A stretch of DNA of 64,000 nucleotides from Oscillospiraceae bacterium. Its GTDB lineage: Bacteria > Bacillota > Clostridia > Oscillospirales > Oscillospiraceae. Below the pieces are notes generated by a model that was not told where the DNA came from, searched no databases, and saw nothing but the letters and a program-made list of their open reading frames with translations. Positions 54,242-63,757 of the stretch are shown here, in pieces. The stretch is from positions 72,844 through 136,843 of the forward strand of contig JAFQCV010000006.1 in the NCBI GenBank assembly GCA_017416325.1. Direction: 5' to 3'. Numbering within the stretch: the first letter of the stretch is position 1; each line of letters opens with the position of its first letter. Made by a program: the position numbers and the translations under genes.

Positions 54242-54367
54242 GAATCAAAACAAGATGTATTCACTTGATTGCCAAAGTATTCTAGCATAGCAAAGAATAT
54301 TTGTCAAGGAAAAATCTTGTTTTACTGATTTTAACTGAGCTGTTGACACAAGGCAAAACGCTCCCGT

Positions 54368-54571
54368 TTATTTGTGCTTAAGCTTAGATTTGTTTCCGTG
54401 TTCATCAACATAGTAGGTGCTTTCCAGTTGTCCCACAAGGTTTGCTTTTACAGAATCAATGTAGATCCTGCGCAGCCTGTCGCGCTCCTGGAGCTCCTCA
54501 TCGGTTAATTTATCTGTTTTTGCCTTTTTGGCCAGTACGTTGATTCTTGCAATTACATCATCCATTTTCAT
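54368..54571 (-). CDS. DUF896 (YnzC/UPF0291) family protein
   Basis: I.RIN.LA.K.K...LT.EE..ER..LR..YI. Confidence 0.88.
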   Translation of the reverse strand: MKMDDVIARINVLAKKAKTDKLTDEELQERDRLRRIYIDSVKANLVGQLESTYYVDEHGNKSKLKHK

Positions 54572-54580
54572 ATCGGTACC

Positions 54581-55366
54581 TCACATGTAACGGTGGATCA
54601 CCACCGAGAGTCTTTCTTTTTTTGTTATGCCGTTAATTTGGTGCAATTTTATTTTCCCCAAACCACGGACGGATATTTTAGATCCCTCAGATACATTTTT
54701 ATCCGCCTTGTCACAGGGCAGTCCGTCTATAGAAGTTTTTCCACTGGAAATATATTGAGCAGCAAGACCTCTTGCAATCGAAAACCCAGAGGAAACGATG
54801 CTGTCCAAACGAGCGGATGCCAGCGTATCCCGGATTTCTTTGATTTCCGGTTCCGGCACAATTACTTCGTTAAGGGCAATGGCGGAAAGGCGCAGCTTCG
54901 TTCTGCCTGCGCTGATAAAGTTTTGTAAAAGATATGGGGCGATTTCGTCTGTAACAAAAAAATCACAGAAGTTTTTTCCAACACAGATATCGCCGATGGA
55001 TTCCCTGGAAATACCGCTTCCCAACAATGCGCCCAGAAAATCCCGATGGGAAGGAGAATCGTTTTCATAGAATGTTGCCCTGAGGCAGACGATAGGGGAA
55101 TCCTCGCTGTCAAAGTAGGAATTATCCAGATATTCCGGGAGATAGATCAGCATTTTTCTTTCCGCATCCGGATATCCTCCGAATTCATGAAGGCCTTCTT
55201 GGTGTCCGAAAAGAAAACGAGCCATATGCAACTCCCGTGGGGATAAAAACGCACTGTTTGCTGGAATGTTGCGATTCATTCCTGCTGTGATCTTGTCCCA
55301 AATTTTCGCAAGAAGAATCTTGTCTTCGTTATTTTGGGCTATTTTGGCAATATTGGATCGATCCAT
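54581..55366 (-). CDS. ylmH: YlmH-family S4-domain RNA-binding protein
   Basis: FL.P.E, GGY.DAER, HRDFLGALL..GI.RE.IGDI, S.RLD, ISVRG.GK. Confidence 0.88.
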   Translation of the reverse strand: MDRSNIAKIAQNNEDKILLAKIWDKITAGMNRNIPANSAFLSPRELHMARFLFGHQEGLHEFGGYPDAERKMLIYLPEYLDNSYFDSEDSPIVCLRATFYENDSPSHRDFLGALLGSGISRESIGDICVGKNFCDFFVTDEIAPYLLQNFISAGRTKLRLSAIALNEVIVPEPEIKEIRDTLASARLDSIVSSGFSIARGLAAQYISSGKTSIDGLPCDKADKNVSEGSKISVRGLGKIKLHQINGITKKERLSVVIHRYM

Positions 55367-55487
55367 AGTAACGATCTCCTGAAAATAATGTCGTAATTAT
55401 ATCACACAACATAAAGTTTGCAAAGATATTTTTCTTGTGTCATGGGGATTTGTGGAGTATAATACAAAAAAGAAAGTGGGTGATTTC

Positions 55488-56702
55488 GTGATCATAGGCA
55501 TTGTTGGCGGTGGTGCATCCGGCATGGCAGCCGCTATTGCTGCTTCGGAAAAGCCGGATAATCATGTCATTATATTTGAACGCCAGGCAAGAGTTGGCAG
55601 AAAGTTGTCGGCAACGGGAAACGGGCGCTGCAACTTGTCGAATATCTATGCCTGTGAGAGAGGATACCACGGTACGGATGAATCCTTTCCTGCTGCTACC
55701 TTGTCGCGGTATTCACCGGAGGACACACTGTCTTGGTTTCACTCTCTTGGTTTATTTACCGTAACAGAACCCTCCGGCAAGGTCTATCCCTATTCTGACC
55801 AAGCTAATTCAGTGGTAGACGTACTGCGCTTTGCCCTTAACAAGCCCAACATCTGCTTACGTACAGGATTTGAGGTAGCCAAAATTAAGAAAACGCAAGA
55901 TGGGTTTCTGGCGGAAAATGAAGCAGAGTCGGTATTTTGCCATAAGATAATTATTGCTGCCGGTGGATTGGCAGGCACGAAATTGGGCGGAACTATGGCA
56001 GGCTACAAGCTCCTGCGCAGCTTGGGGCATCGTGTTACGAAGCTGCGGCCTTCGCTGGTACAGCTAAAAAGCAGTTGGCGCGGTGTAACTGGGCTGAAAG
56101 GTGTTCGGGCAACCTGCAACGCCAGAATTATGCATAACGGGGTAGAGAAAGCTCACAGTACGGGAGAAATTCAGTTTACTGAGTATGGTTTATCCGGTCC
56201 CGTTATTTTTGAGATCTCCCGCGATGTTTGTCAGGAAAACGGTGATTGGTCTTGCGTTTTAGATTTTTTACCCAGCTATTCAGAGCAGGAGCTATATGAT
56301 GAGGTAATAAGAAGGAAAACCTCCGCGCTCTGTGCTGACGAATTGCTCACCGGAATCCTGCATAACCGACTGGGAAGAGTTATTGTGCAGTCGGCTGGAA
56401 TCTCACTTTCTACGCCTATTTGCCAATTAACCAATGAAGACCTGCATGCGGTGTGTCAGCTTGTTAAGGGTCTGGAAGTTACGATTACAGAACCACTTGG
56501 GATGGATAGCGCACAGGTTACCGCAGGCGGTATATATACAGATGAATTTGATCCGCAAACCTTGGAAAGTCGACTGGTTTCCGGTCTGTTTGCTTGCGGC
56601 GAAGTTCTGGATGTTGATGGCGACTGCGGTGGCTATAACTTGCAGTGGGCATGGAGTTCCGGAAGAGTTGCAGGCTCCTGCGCTGGGAGGGAAACAGAAT
56701 GA
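55488..56702 (+). CDS. HI0933/YhiN-family flavoprotein
   Basis: GGGASGM.AA, GRKL..TGNGRCN..N, GE..FT.YG.SGP, AQVTAGG, GE.LDVDG.CGGYNLQWAWSSG. Confidence 0.92.
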   Translation: MIIGIVGGGASGMAAAIAASEKPDNHVIIFERQARVGRKLSATGNGRCNLSNIYACERGYHGTDESFPAATLSRYSPEDTLSWFHSLGLFTVTEPSGKVYPYSDQANSVVDVLRFALNKPNICLRTGFEVAKIKKTQDGFLAENEAESVFCHKIIIAAGGLAGTKLGGTMAGYKLLRSLGHRVTKLRPSLVQLKSSWRGVTGLKGVRATCNARIMHNGVEKAHSTGEIQFTEYGLSGPVIFEISRDVCQENGDWSCVLDFLPSYSEQELYDEVIRRKTSALCADELLTGILHNRLGRVIVQSAGISLSTPICQLTNEDLHAVCQLVKGLEVTITEPLGMDSAQVTAGGIYTDEFDPQTLESRLVSGLFACGEVLDVDGDCGGYNLQWAWSSGRVAGSCAGRETE

Positions 56703-58288
56703 TTCGAATTCGGGATATCGCTTTTCCGCCGGAGCATGACGTCAATCAGCTTTTATATGAAGCATCAAAAATCTTAAAGGTTTCTGCCTCTAAGGTTCGG
56801 AATATATCTTTGGTACGCCGCTCTGTGGACGCCAGAAAGAAGCCGGATATCAAAATTATTTATACGATCGACGTTACTGTGGATGGCAATGAAAAGAAAA
56901 TACTCAAGGCAAGCGGATGCAAACGCGCAGCCATTTCGCCAAACGTATATTACAAACCGCCCAAGACCAAAGTGCCTGTTGCACAGCGTCCTGTTGTGGT
57001 TGGCTTTGGCCCTGCCGGTATGTTTGCCGCGTTGATTCTGGCAATGGCAGGATGCAAACCGTTGGTTTTGGAGCGAGGCGAGGACGCTAAGACCAGAAAT
57101 GAAAAAGTAAAGAAATTCTTCGCTACAGGGCAGCTGGATGCTAATAGCAATGTGCAGTTTGGCGAGGGCGGAGCCGGTACTTTCTCGGATGGAAAGTTAA
57201 ATACCGGGGTAAATAATCCAAGAATCAGTTGGATTTTGGAGCAGTTTGTAAAAGCAGGCGCACGGGAGGAGATCCTCTATGATGCGAAGCCACATATTGG
57301 TACGGATGTTTTGCTGAATGTTGTTCAGAATCTGCGCAAAAGGATTCAAAAGCTTGGCGGCGAGATTCGGTTCAATGCACAGGTTACAGGCATCCAATTG
57401 GAAAACGGCCGTTTAACCGCGCTTGAAGTAAACGGTGGGGAATTAATTCCCTGTCGCGATGCGATCTTTGCCATTGGACACAGCGCAAGAGACACTTTCC
57501 AAATGCTTTTGGATGCCGGCGTACCCATGGAGCCAAAGCCATTTTCTATGGGAGTTCGTATCGAGCATCCTCAGACAGTAATTAACGAAAGTCAGTATGG
57601 AAGCTGTGATTTGCCGTTGCCTCCTGCAGACTATAAGCTTGTATGCCATTTGGACAACAGAACGGTTTATACATTTTGTATGTGCCCGGGTGGATACGTG
57701 GTTGCTGCTGCTTCCGAAAAGGGGGGCGTTGTAACAAACGGAATGAGTCTTGCAGATCGCGATGGAGAAAACGCGAATTCTGCCGTGCTGGTCACAGTGA
57801 ATCCTGAGGATTTTCCTTATGAGGGTGCTTTAGGCGGCATGCTCTGGCAGCGGGAACTGGAACAGAGAGCTTATGCGGTTTCTGACAGCTATAAGGCGCC
57901 TGCGCAGCTTGTGGGAGACTTTCTAAACCACAGGGCAAGTGATAGGGAAGGCACGGTTCAGCCTACCTACAGGCCAGGTGTGACTTGGTGCGACTTGTAT
58001 TGTGTACTGCCTGAAATCATAACGGATGCGATTGAGGAAGCATTGCCAAAACTCGATAAACATCTTTACGGCTTTGCCAACGCGGACGCGGTTTTAACGG
58101 GACCGGAGACAAGAAGCTCTTCTCCTGTGCGGATCTTGCGGTCAGAAAACAGGCAGTCATCTATATCAGGATTCTATCCCTGCGGTGAGGGCGCCGGATA
58201 TGCCGGAGGTATTATGTCTGCGGCAATCGATGGTATTCAGACTGCAGAGATGTTGATTCAGGAAATGGAGAACAGGTATGGACCGTAA
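56699..58288 (+). CDS. FAD-dependent oxidoreductase (COG2509-like)
   Basis: G.GPAG.FAA, GEGGAGTFSDGKL, KPHIGTD, FCMCPGG, ETRSSSP, GEGAGYAGGI.SAA.DG. Confidence 0.9.
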   Translation: MIRIRDIAFPPEHDVNQLLYEASKILKVSASKVRNISLVRRSVDARKKPDIKIIYTIDVTVDGNEKKILKASGCKRAAISPNVYYKPPKTKVPVAQRPVVVGFGPAGMFAALILAMAGCKPLVLERGEDAKTRNEKVKKFFATGQLDANSNVQFGEGGAGTFSDGKLNTGVNNPRISWILEQFVKAGAREEILYDAKPHIGTDVLLNVVQNLRKRIQKLGGEIRFNAQVTGIQLENGRLTALEVNGGELIPCRDAIFAIGHSARDTFQMLLDAGVPMEPKPFSMGVRIEHPQTVINESQYGSCDLPLPPADYKLVCHLDNRTVYTFCMCPGGYVVAAASEKGGVVTNGMSLADRDGENANSAVLVTVNPEDFPYEGALGGMLWQRELEQRAYAVSDSYKAPAQLVGDFLNHRASDREGTVQPTYRPGVTWCDLYCVLPEIITDAIEEALPKLDKHLYGFANADAVLTGPETRSSSPVRILRSENRQSSISGFYPCGEGAGYAGGIMSAAIDGIQTAEMLIQEMENRYGP

Positions 58289-59246
58289 TACTGTGATTTC
58301 TGATCTGCGTCATAAATTCAGCATAAACGGCTGGTGGGTGCTGCTCTACTACGCGATCATGAATCTTTCGGTTTTTATCGTTGCGGCTGCCGATGCTGTG
58401 ATCATTGGACTGCAATACGCATGGGATCCGGATAGCTTTCAGTCTGATCCGGTACAGGTGATGTTAGAGCGTATGACCGGAAACGGATGGGGATATCTGT
58501 TGGCATGTCTCGTCGTGGGAACTGTGCTTTTGTTATGGAAAAAACCGAATTATTGTTTCCGGCAAATTTGGATGCATGAAAAATCCATGACGGGAAAAGC
58601 GTTTATGGTTCTTTTTTGTGCGTTTCTCACCGGTCAGGCTTTTCAAATTTTGCTGACACCGGTTATGGAATGGCTTTTGAATCGAATTGGACTTTCTGCT
58701 TTCGCATCTTTGGAGGCGGCAACCGGAAGCACTAACACAGTCAGTATGTTTCTGTACGTAGCGGTTTTGGCACCTGTATTTGAGGAGATTTTTTTCAGAG
58801 GCTTCATTCTTCGCAATCTTCTGCCATACGGGAAAAAGTTCGCGATCGTTGCCTCCTCATTTCTCTTTGGTATTTTACACGGCAATCTCCTACAAACTCC
58901 CTATGCGTTTTTCGTTGGTCTTGTTTTGGGATACACGGCGGTCGAATACGGTCTGGTGTGGTCGTTCATCCTGCATATATTTAACAATTTTGTTTTGGGA
59001 GACTTAGCAACAAGACTTGCAGAGCTAATCCCTTCATTCTATGTTGATCTGGCGCTGTGTGTTTTAATTTTCGGCTGTGCGATCACTACCTTGGTGCTTG
59101 CTGCAGTCAACAGCAGAAAAATTGCCGATTATCTTAGCAACAGAAGAATTCACCCCTGGTGTCTGTGGAGTTTCTTCACATCTTGGGGTGTGATCGTATT
59201 TACGGTGATCATGCTTGGAAATATGGCTTTGCTCCTTGTTTTATAG
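58278..59246 (+). CDS. CPBP (CAAX/Abi) intramembrane metalloprotease
   Basis: EEIFFRG, FGILH, H..NN motifs. Confidence 0.88.
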   Translation: MDRNTVISDLRHKFSINGWWVLLYYAIMNLSVFIVAAADAVIIGLQYAWDPDSFQSDPVQVMLERMTGNGWGYLLACLVVGTVLLLWKKPNYCFRQIWMHEKSMTGKAFMVLFCAFLTGQAFQILLTPVMEWLLNRIGLSAFASLEAATGSTNTVSMFLYVAVLAPVFEEIFFRGFILRNLLPYGKKFAIVASSFLFGILHGNLLQTPYAFFVGLVLGYTAVEYGLVWSFILHIFNNFVLGDLATRLAELIPSFYVDLALCVLIFGCAITTLVLAAVNSRKIADYLSNRRIHPWCLWSFFTSWGVIVFTVIMLGNMALLLVL

Positions 59247-59250
59247 AATC

Positions 59251-59283
59251 AACCCCGGTTTACAGTTTGTAAACCGGGGTTTT
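59251..59283. terminator. terminator hairpin
   Basis: aaccccggtttaca-(gtt)-tgtaaaccggggtt. Confidence 0.8.
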
Positions 59284-59288
59284 CTTCA

Positions 59289-59558
59289 CTATATGTTGTG
59301 TGAAAGGTATAGCACACAGATCATGATCTGCAGGGTTAAAATAAGCGGGATCCCCATGTAAAACTTGGGGTGCTTTGTTTTATGGCGGAAAATACGCATG
59401 CCTGCGAAGACACCAATGCTGCCGCCAAATACAGCAACACCTATTAATGTGCGTTCCCGTATGCGCCAACGGTTATTTTGTGACCGTTTTTTGTCTGAGC
59501 GCATAAGAAGAAGCCCGGCAGCATTAATTAGTAGCAGATAAATAACAATAATTTTCAT
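59289..59558 (-). CDS. DUF1294 family membrane protein
   Basis: DK.R....WRI.ERTL......GGS.G...GM..FRHKT.H.KF; start ATG 59558. Confidence 0.88.
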   Translation of the reverse strand: MKIIVIYLLLINAAGLLLMRSDKKRSQNNRWRIRERTLIGVAVFGGSIGVFAGMRIFRHKTKHPKFYMGIPLILTLQIMICVLYLSHNI

Positions 59559-59584
59559 AGTGGTAATTGTTGTGGAGGTTGTAT

Positions 59585-60085
59585 ATGAAAAAATGGATAT
59601 TGGGAATAGTATTACTCTTTGGAGTATTTCTCGGCGGATGCCGGGGTGCAGAATCTTTTGAGGTGATCGCGGATAATATTGTCGAATTACCTTCCGCTGA
59701 GCCTGCAAAGGTGGAACTGAAAATTCCGGAGGACGGCACACTGACTGTAATGAGTGGAAACGACTGGCAGTGCTATGAGGGTGAGCACTACCAGATCATT
59801 CTGCAAACTTATCCATCCGGCGATCTAAACCGAACACTGCAAAATATTACAGGTTACGATAAAGAGCATCTGTCCGTAATGGAAATATCGGAAGAAAATA
59901 TCGACAAGTATCTGTGTGCCTGGTCGGCTGTTTCCGAAGAAGGCGAATTGGTTGGCAGATGCTCCGTTTTGGATGATGGGATATATCACTATTGTCTCTC
60001 GGTTTTGGTTGATGCAGAAGTATCCGGGGAGGTTCGTGATACAGTGGATGCAGTGTTTGCCGCTTACTCGTTGGAAGGGTACTGA
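59585..60085 (+). CDS. putative lipoprotein
   Basis: MKKW + hydrophobic stretch + lipobox LGGC; GGAGG RBS; acidic mature domain. Confidence 0.7.
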   Translation: MKKWILGIVLLFGVFLGGCRGAESFEVIADNIVELPSAEPAKVELKIPEDGTLTVMSGNDWQCYEGEHYQIILQTYPSGDLNRTLQNITGYDKEHLSVMEISEENIDKYLCAWSAVSEEGELVGRCSVLDDGIYHYCLSVLVDAEVSGEVRDTVDAVFAAYSLEGY

Positions 60086-61053
60086 GCCGCTACATCCAGA
60101 CACAGCTGCCTACATTCGGCGATTGCGGAAGCCGGGTGCAGGATTTTGGCTTTGTTGCCAAAGCCGATGATCCAACTAAGAAACATGGGAGAAACTGCGA
60201 TATTAGCGGTAAAAACAAAATGATCAGGACCATCAGGGATAAGCATCGGTTCTGTGCCAAAACGATCTATGACAACATTGATAAGGCTGTTATGAAAGCG
60301 CATTTTTACAGCGACAGTATCTCCTGAATACATTTGAAACAACTGATTGGCATGATCGTTCAGCGCTTTGCCGGTAAGCTCTTTGCAGGGAATTCGAGAT
60401 TCCGCTGTTGAGCAAATATCACTCATTCTGTCAACTCGGTATGAGGTAATGCCATAACGTTCAGAAAAAGCAAGGAGATAGCAGTTTTCATTGTTTTGGC
60501 ACAGTCCATAGGGGCTTGCCTGGTAGCTTTTTTTCCGGTAGTGGCGTTTTCCGTCCAATCCCCAGTCGAAATAGCGGAAGGTGATTTGTTTGTTTTCTGC
60601 AATCGCGTCCTGAATAGTGTCTACGTTATAGTAGATCGTTTCATTCATGCTTTTGACACGTCCTGAAACCAAAACATCCCGTCGGATTAATTTCGCATCG
60701 TGGATGCTACATTCCTCACAAAGCTTTTCGATCAGCTCCTTGGACTTCTTTTCCGTAAGATATCGGCTGGACTGTACTGCATTAATCAGCAGCTTCAGCT
60801 CTGGGAGTTCAAAGTTTCGTGATGCAATATAGTAGCCGCCGTTTTTACCGGGCAGGGCTACGATATCTGCACCGTATTCCTGTAGCGCGGCAATATCGGA
60901 ATAGATTGTTTTGCGTTCACATTGAATCCGGTAATTGCGCTCAAGCATAGCAATAAGTTCAGATGCTCTCACGGGATGACCCTCGTGAGAGTTTTTTTGT
61001 AAATAGTCCAGAATATACAGGATCTTTAATTTCTGATTATCTGATTTTGCCAT
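60064..61053 (-). CDS. WYL-domain transcriptional regulator (wHTH-WYL-WCX)
   Basis: N-terminal HTH (ERKTIYSDI..L), SPY.L......CYL, YRVDRM, and WCX-like F..W...FG....IL.P. Confidence 0.88.
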   Translation of the reverse strand: MAKSDNQKLKILYILDYLQKNSHEGHPVRASELIAMLERNYRIQCERKTIYSDIAALQEYGADIVALPGKNGGYYIASRNFELPELKLLINAVQSSRYLTEKKSKELIEKLCEECSIHDAKLIRRDVLVSGRVKSMNETIYYNVDTIQDAIAENKQITFRYFDWGLDGKRHYRKKSYQASPYGLCQNNENCYLLAFSERYGITSYRVDRMSDICSTAESRIPCKELTGKALNDHANQLFQMYSGDTVAVKMRFHNSLINVVIDRFGTEPMLIPDGPDHFVFTANIAVSPMFLSWIIGFGNKAKILHPASAIAECRQLCLDVAAQYPSNE

Positions 61054-61196
61054 ATAAAACACCTCTTATGTGTTATTCGATGTCATTTTAACATATTACC
61101 TGCAAATTGGGAAGACGGTATCCTAAATTGTTGATTTGCTTTTTCATCTATTTTGTGGTATTGTATGAATACTGCGTAAGGGAGGGAGAGCGAAAA

Positions 61197-62027
61197 ATGG
61201 GATTCTTTGGTTGTCATTTGTCGTCGTCGGGCGGTAATTTAAAAATGGTAGAAACTGCATTGTCCATCGGCGCAAATACATTTGCCTTTTTTACCCGAAA
61301 TCCCCGGGGCTCTCGCGCAAGGCCGGAAGATCCTCAGGATGCCGCGGCGGCATATTCTCTTATGAAGGAATCAGGTTTTGGACCACTGGTTGCCCATGGC
61401 TCGTACACCATGAATCTCTGTACGAAAGATCCGGAGTCAAGAGCATTTGCTGCCGAAATTCTGGAACAGGATCTGCGCAGGATGGCAGCGCTGCCCGGGA
61501 ATTATTATAATTTTCACCCGGGCAGTCATGTTGGACAAGGCGTTGAAACGGGGATACAACAAATCGTTGATGCGCTGCGATCCGCCCTTGCGCCCAAATA
61601 TCCGGTAACGGTGTTACTGGAAACTATGGCAGGGAAGGGCAGTGAGATTGGTGGCGTTTTTTCTCAGCTGCGTGCCATTTTGGATGGTGTTGACAGTGAT
61701 GCATTGGGTGTTTGCTTAGATACCTGTCATGTATGGGATGGCGGCTACGATATTGTTCATGATCTTGACGGCGTGTTAACGGAATTTGACCGCATCATTG
61801 GTTTAAAAAGACTAAAAGCGATCCATTTAAACGATTCAAAGAACGAAAAACATAGCCGAAAGGACAGACATGCCTGCTTAGGGGAGGGCCTTCTTGGACT
61901 CGAAACTTTTCGAAAAATTGTAAGGCATCCACAACTGCAAGGAATCCCGATGATTCTGGAAACACCAAACGAGCTTCCAGGATATCAGCGAGAAATCTCT
62001 GTTCTTCGTATGTTAGAAGCAGAATAA
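61197..62027 (+). CDS. nfo: endonuclease IV
   Basis: FFTRNPRG, HGSY..NL, FHPGS, LETMAGKG.E.G, DTCH, HLNDSK, DRH, LETP. Confidence 0.95.
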   Translation: MGFFGCHLSSSGGNLKMVETALSIGANTFAFFTRNPRGSRARPEDPQDAAAAYSLMKESGFGPLVAHGSYTMNLCTKDPESRAFAAEILEQDLRRMAALPGNYYNFHPGSHVGQGVETGIQQIVDALRSALAPKYPVTVLLETMAGKGSEIGGVFSQLRAILDGVDSDALGVCLDTCHVWDGGYDIVHDLDGVLTEFDRIIGLKRLKAIHLNDSKNEKHSRKDRHACLGEGLLGLETFRKIVRHPQLQGIPMILETPNELPGYQREISVLRMLEAE

Positions 62028-62045
62028 AAAATAAGGAGGTGCAGC

Positions 62046-63755
62046 GTGGAAACAATTATCTCAGGTTTACAGCAGGCGGACAAAACTTATCTTTATGTTT
62101 TTCAATCTGTGGTGCGGTATATTTTGCCGATTTTAGCAGGTTTTTTGATTTTTCGTTGCATCCGCCCCCTGTTGACGTTTCGCCGTGAACCGGAAATTTG
62201 GGCGTGGCTGTGCTTATCCAAGGATAAGAAGCTCCCCATTACCCATTGGGAAAGTGTAATTGGACGGAGTAAACGCAGCGATATTGTAGTGGATGTACCA
62301 ACAATTTCCCGAAATCATGCCGTGCTCACCAGATACGATGACGGCAGCTGGACGATTGCAGATGCCGGTTCCAAATGCGGTACTCTTGTAAACGGGGAAA
62401 AGATTGACATTTGCCCTTTAGAACCGGATGATTTGATCTCTATTGGCGGCGTAGAAATGACACTACAGCCAATTTCCAGACGGCAGGAGATTCGCCTGGC
62501 ACAGCTGCGAACCCGGGCAGCAAATCCTGTGAGCAGTGTTCTAAACTTACTGTTGCTGTCGGTTATGCAAATTTTGTTTTGCTTTTCCTATCTCTTTGTC
62601 GCCGATGCAGAGGATGCTCGTCTAATTTTTGTTGGTTTTATGGGTATTGCTATATTTCAATGGGCAATGCTGGTCTTTTATTTAGTCATCCGTAAACCTT
62701 CCTTTGAGGTGGAAACACTGGCGTTTTTTCTCTGCACACTGGGAATGGTTGCCATAGCCGCCGTAAAGCCTTCAGAAGCCGTAAAACAGCTGATTGCTGT
62801 ATTTTTGGGCCTATGCCTGTTTGTGGGAATCGGGATCGTTTTGCGGGATTTGGAGCGCGTAAAGCGTGTCCGGTATGTAGCCGCAGTTATCGGAATTTTA
62901 CTCCTTTTGATCACTTTGATTTTCGGCAAGGAATACCACGGTGCGAAGAACTGGCTGATTATTGGATCTTTATCCATTCAACCTTCAGAGATAAGTAAGG
63001 TTTGCTTTGTTTTTGTTGGCGCGGCAACTTTGGATCGGCTGGTGAATCGCCGAAACTTAATTTTGTTCATTTTGTATACGGGCGCAATATGTGTGTGTCT
63101 GGCAATCATGAATGATTTTGGTACGGCATTGATTTTCTTTGTTGCGTTCCTGCTGATCGCATACCTTCGTTCCGGAAGTATCGGTACGATCGCATTGGCT
63201 TGTTCCGCTGTAGGATTTGCTGGTATATTAGCGGTTAAGATCGCGCCCCATGCATTGCGTCGATTTGAAACCTGGCGCCGCATATGGGAAGATCCGCTTA
63301 ATGCCGGATATCAGCAAACCAGGGCGTTGATGTGCATTGCCGCCGGAGGCTTTTTTGGCCTCGGCGCAGGCAATGGCTGGATGAAACGTGTATTTGCGGC
63401 AGATTCCGATGTGGTATTCGCATCCCTTGCAGAGGAATACGGATTGCTGATGAGTCTTATGGCCGTTGTGTGTATTCTGGCTTTAGGACTTTTTGTACTG
63501 CGTTCCGCAGCCATTGCCAGAAGCAGCTTTTACACAATCGGGTCTTGCACGGCTGTGGGAATTTACCTTGCGCAGACAATTTTGAATGTGATGGGTACGG
63601 TGGATCTGTTGCCGCTGACCGGAGTAACATTTCCTTTCCTTTCAAACGGTGGCTCCAGTATGATTTGCGCGTGGGGGTTGTTAGCTTTTATAAAAGCAGC
63701 AGATACCCGCCAGAATGCAAGTTTTGCTGTCCGTCAGTCTAAGGAGGAGGGTTGA
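62046..63755 (+). CDS. FHA-domain / FtsW-RodA-SpoVE (SEDS) fusion protein
   Basis: N-terminal TM + FHA (IGR...DI.....ISR.HA...GT.VNG) followed by SEDS motifs (GAKNW, IQPSE..K, DFGT, GYQ, GGFFG.G, PLTGVT.PF.S.GGSS). Confidence 0.88.
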   Translation: METIISGLQQADKTYLYVFQSVVRYILPILAGFLIFRCIRPLLTFRREPEIWAWLCLSKDKKLPITHWESVIGRSKRSDIVVDVPTISRNHAVLTRYDDGSWTIADAGSKCGTLVNGEKIDICPLEPDDLISIGGVEMTLQPISRRQEIRLAQLRTRAANPVSSVLNLLLLSVMQILFCFSYLFVADAEDARLIFVGFMGIAIFQWAMLVFYLVIRKPSFEVETLAFFLCTLGMVAIAAVKPSEAVKQLIAVFLGLCLFVGIGIVLRDLERVKRVRYVAAVIGILLLLITLIFGKEYHGAKNWLIIGSLSIQPSEISKVCFVFVGAATLDRLVNRRNLILFILYTGAICVCLAIMNDFGTALIFFVAFLLIAYLRSGSIGTIALACSAVGFAGILAVKIAPHALRRFETWRRIWEDPLNAGYQQTRALMCIAAGGFFGLGAGNGWMKRVFAADSDVVFASLAEEYGLLMSLMAVVCILALGLFVLRSAAIARSSFYTIGSCTAVGIYLAQTILNVMGTVDLLPLTGVTFPFLSNGGSSMICAWGLLAFIKAADTRQNASFAVRQSKEEG

Positions 63756-63757
63756 TC

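Noticed and set aside
58278-61053. CPBP/Abi protease plus WYL protein as a phage-defence locus
   Set aside because: Both families are common in housekeeping contexts, and no nuclease, toxin, NTPase or other effector is nearby.
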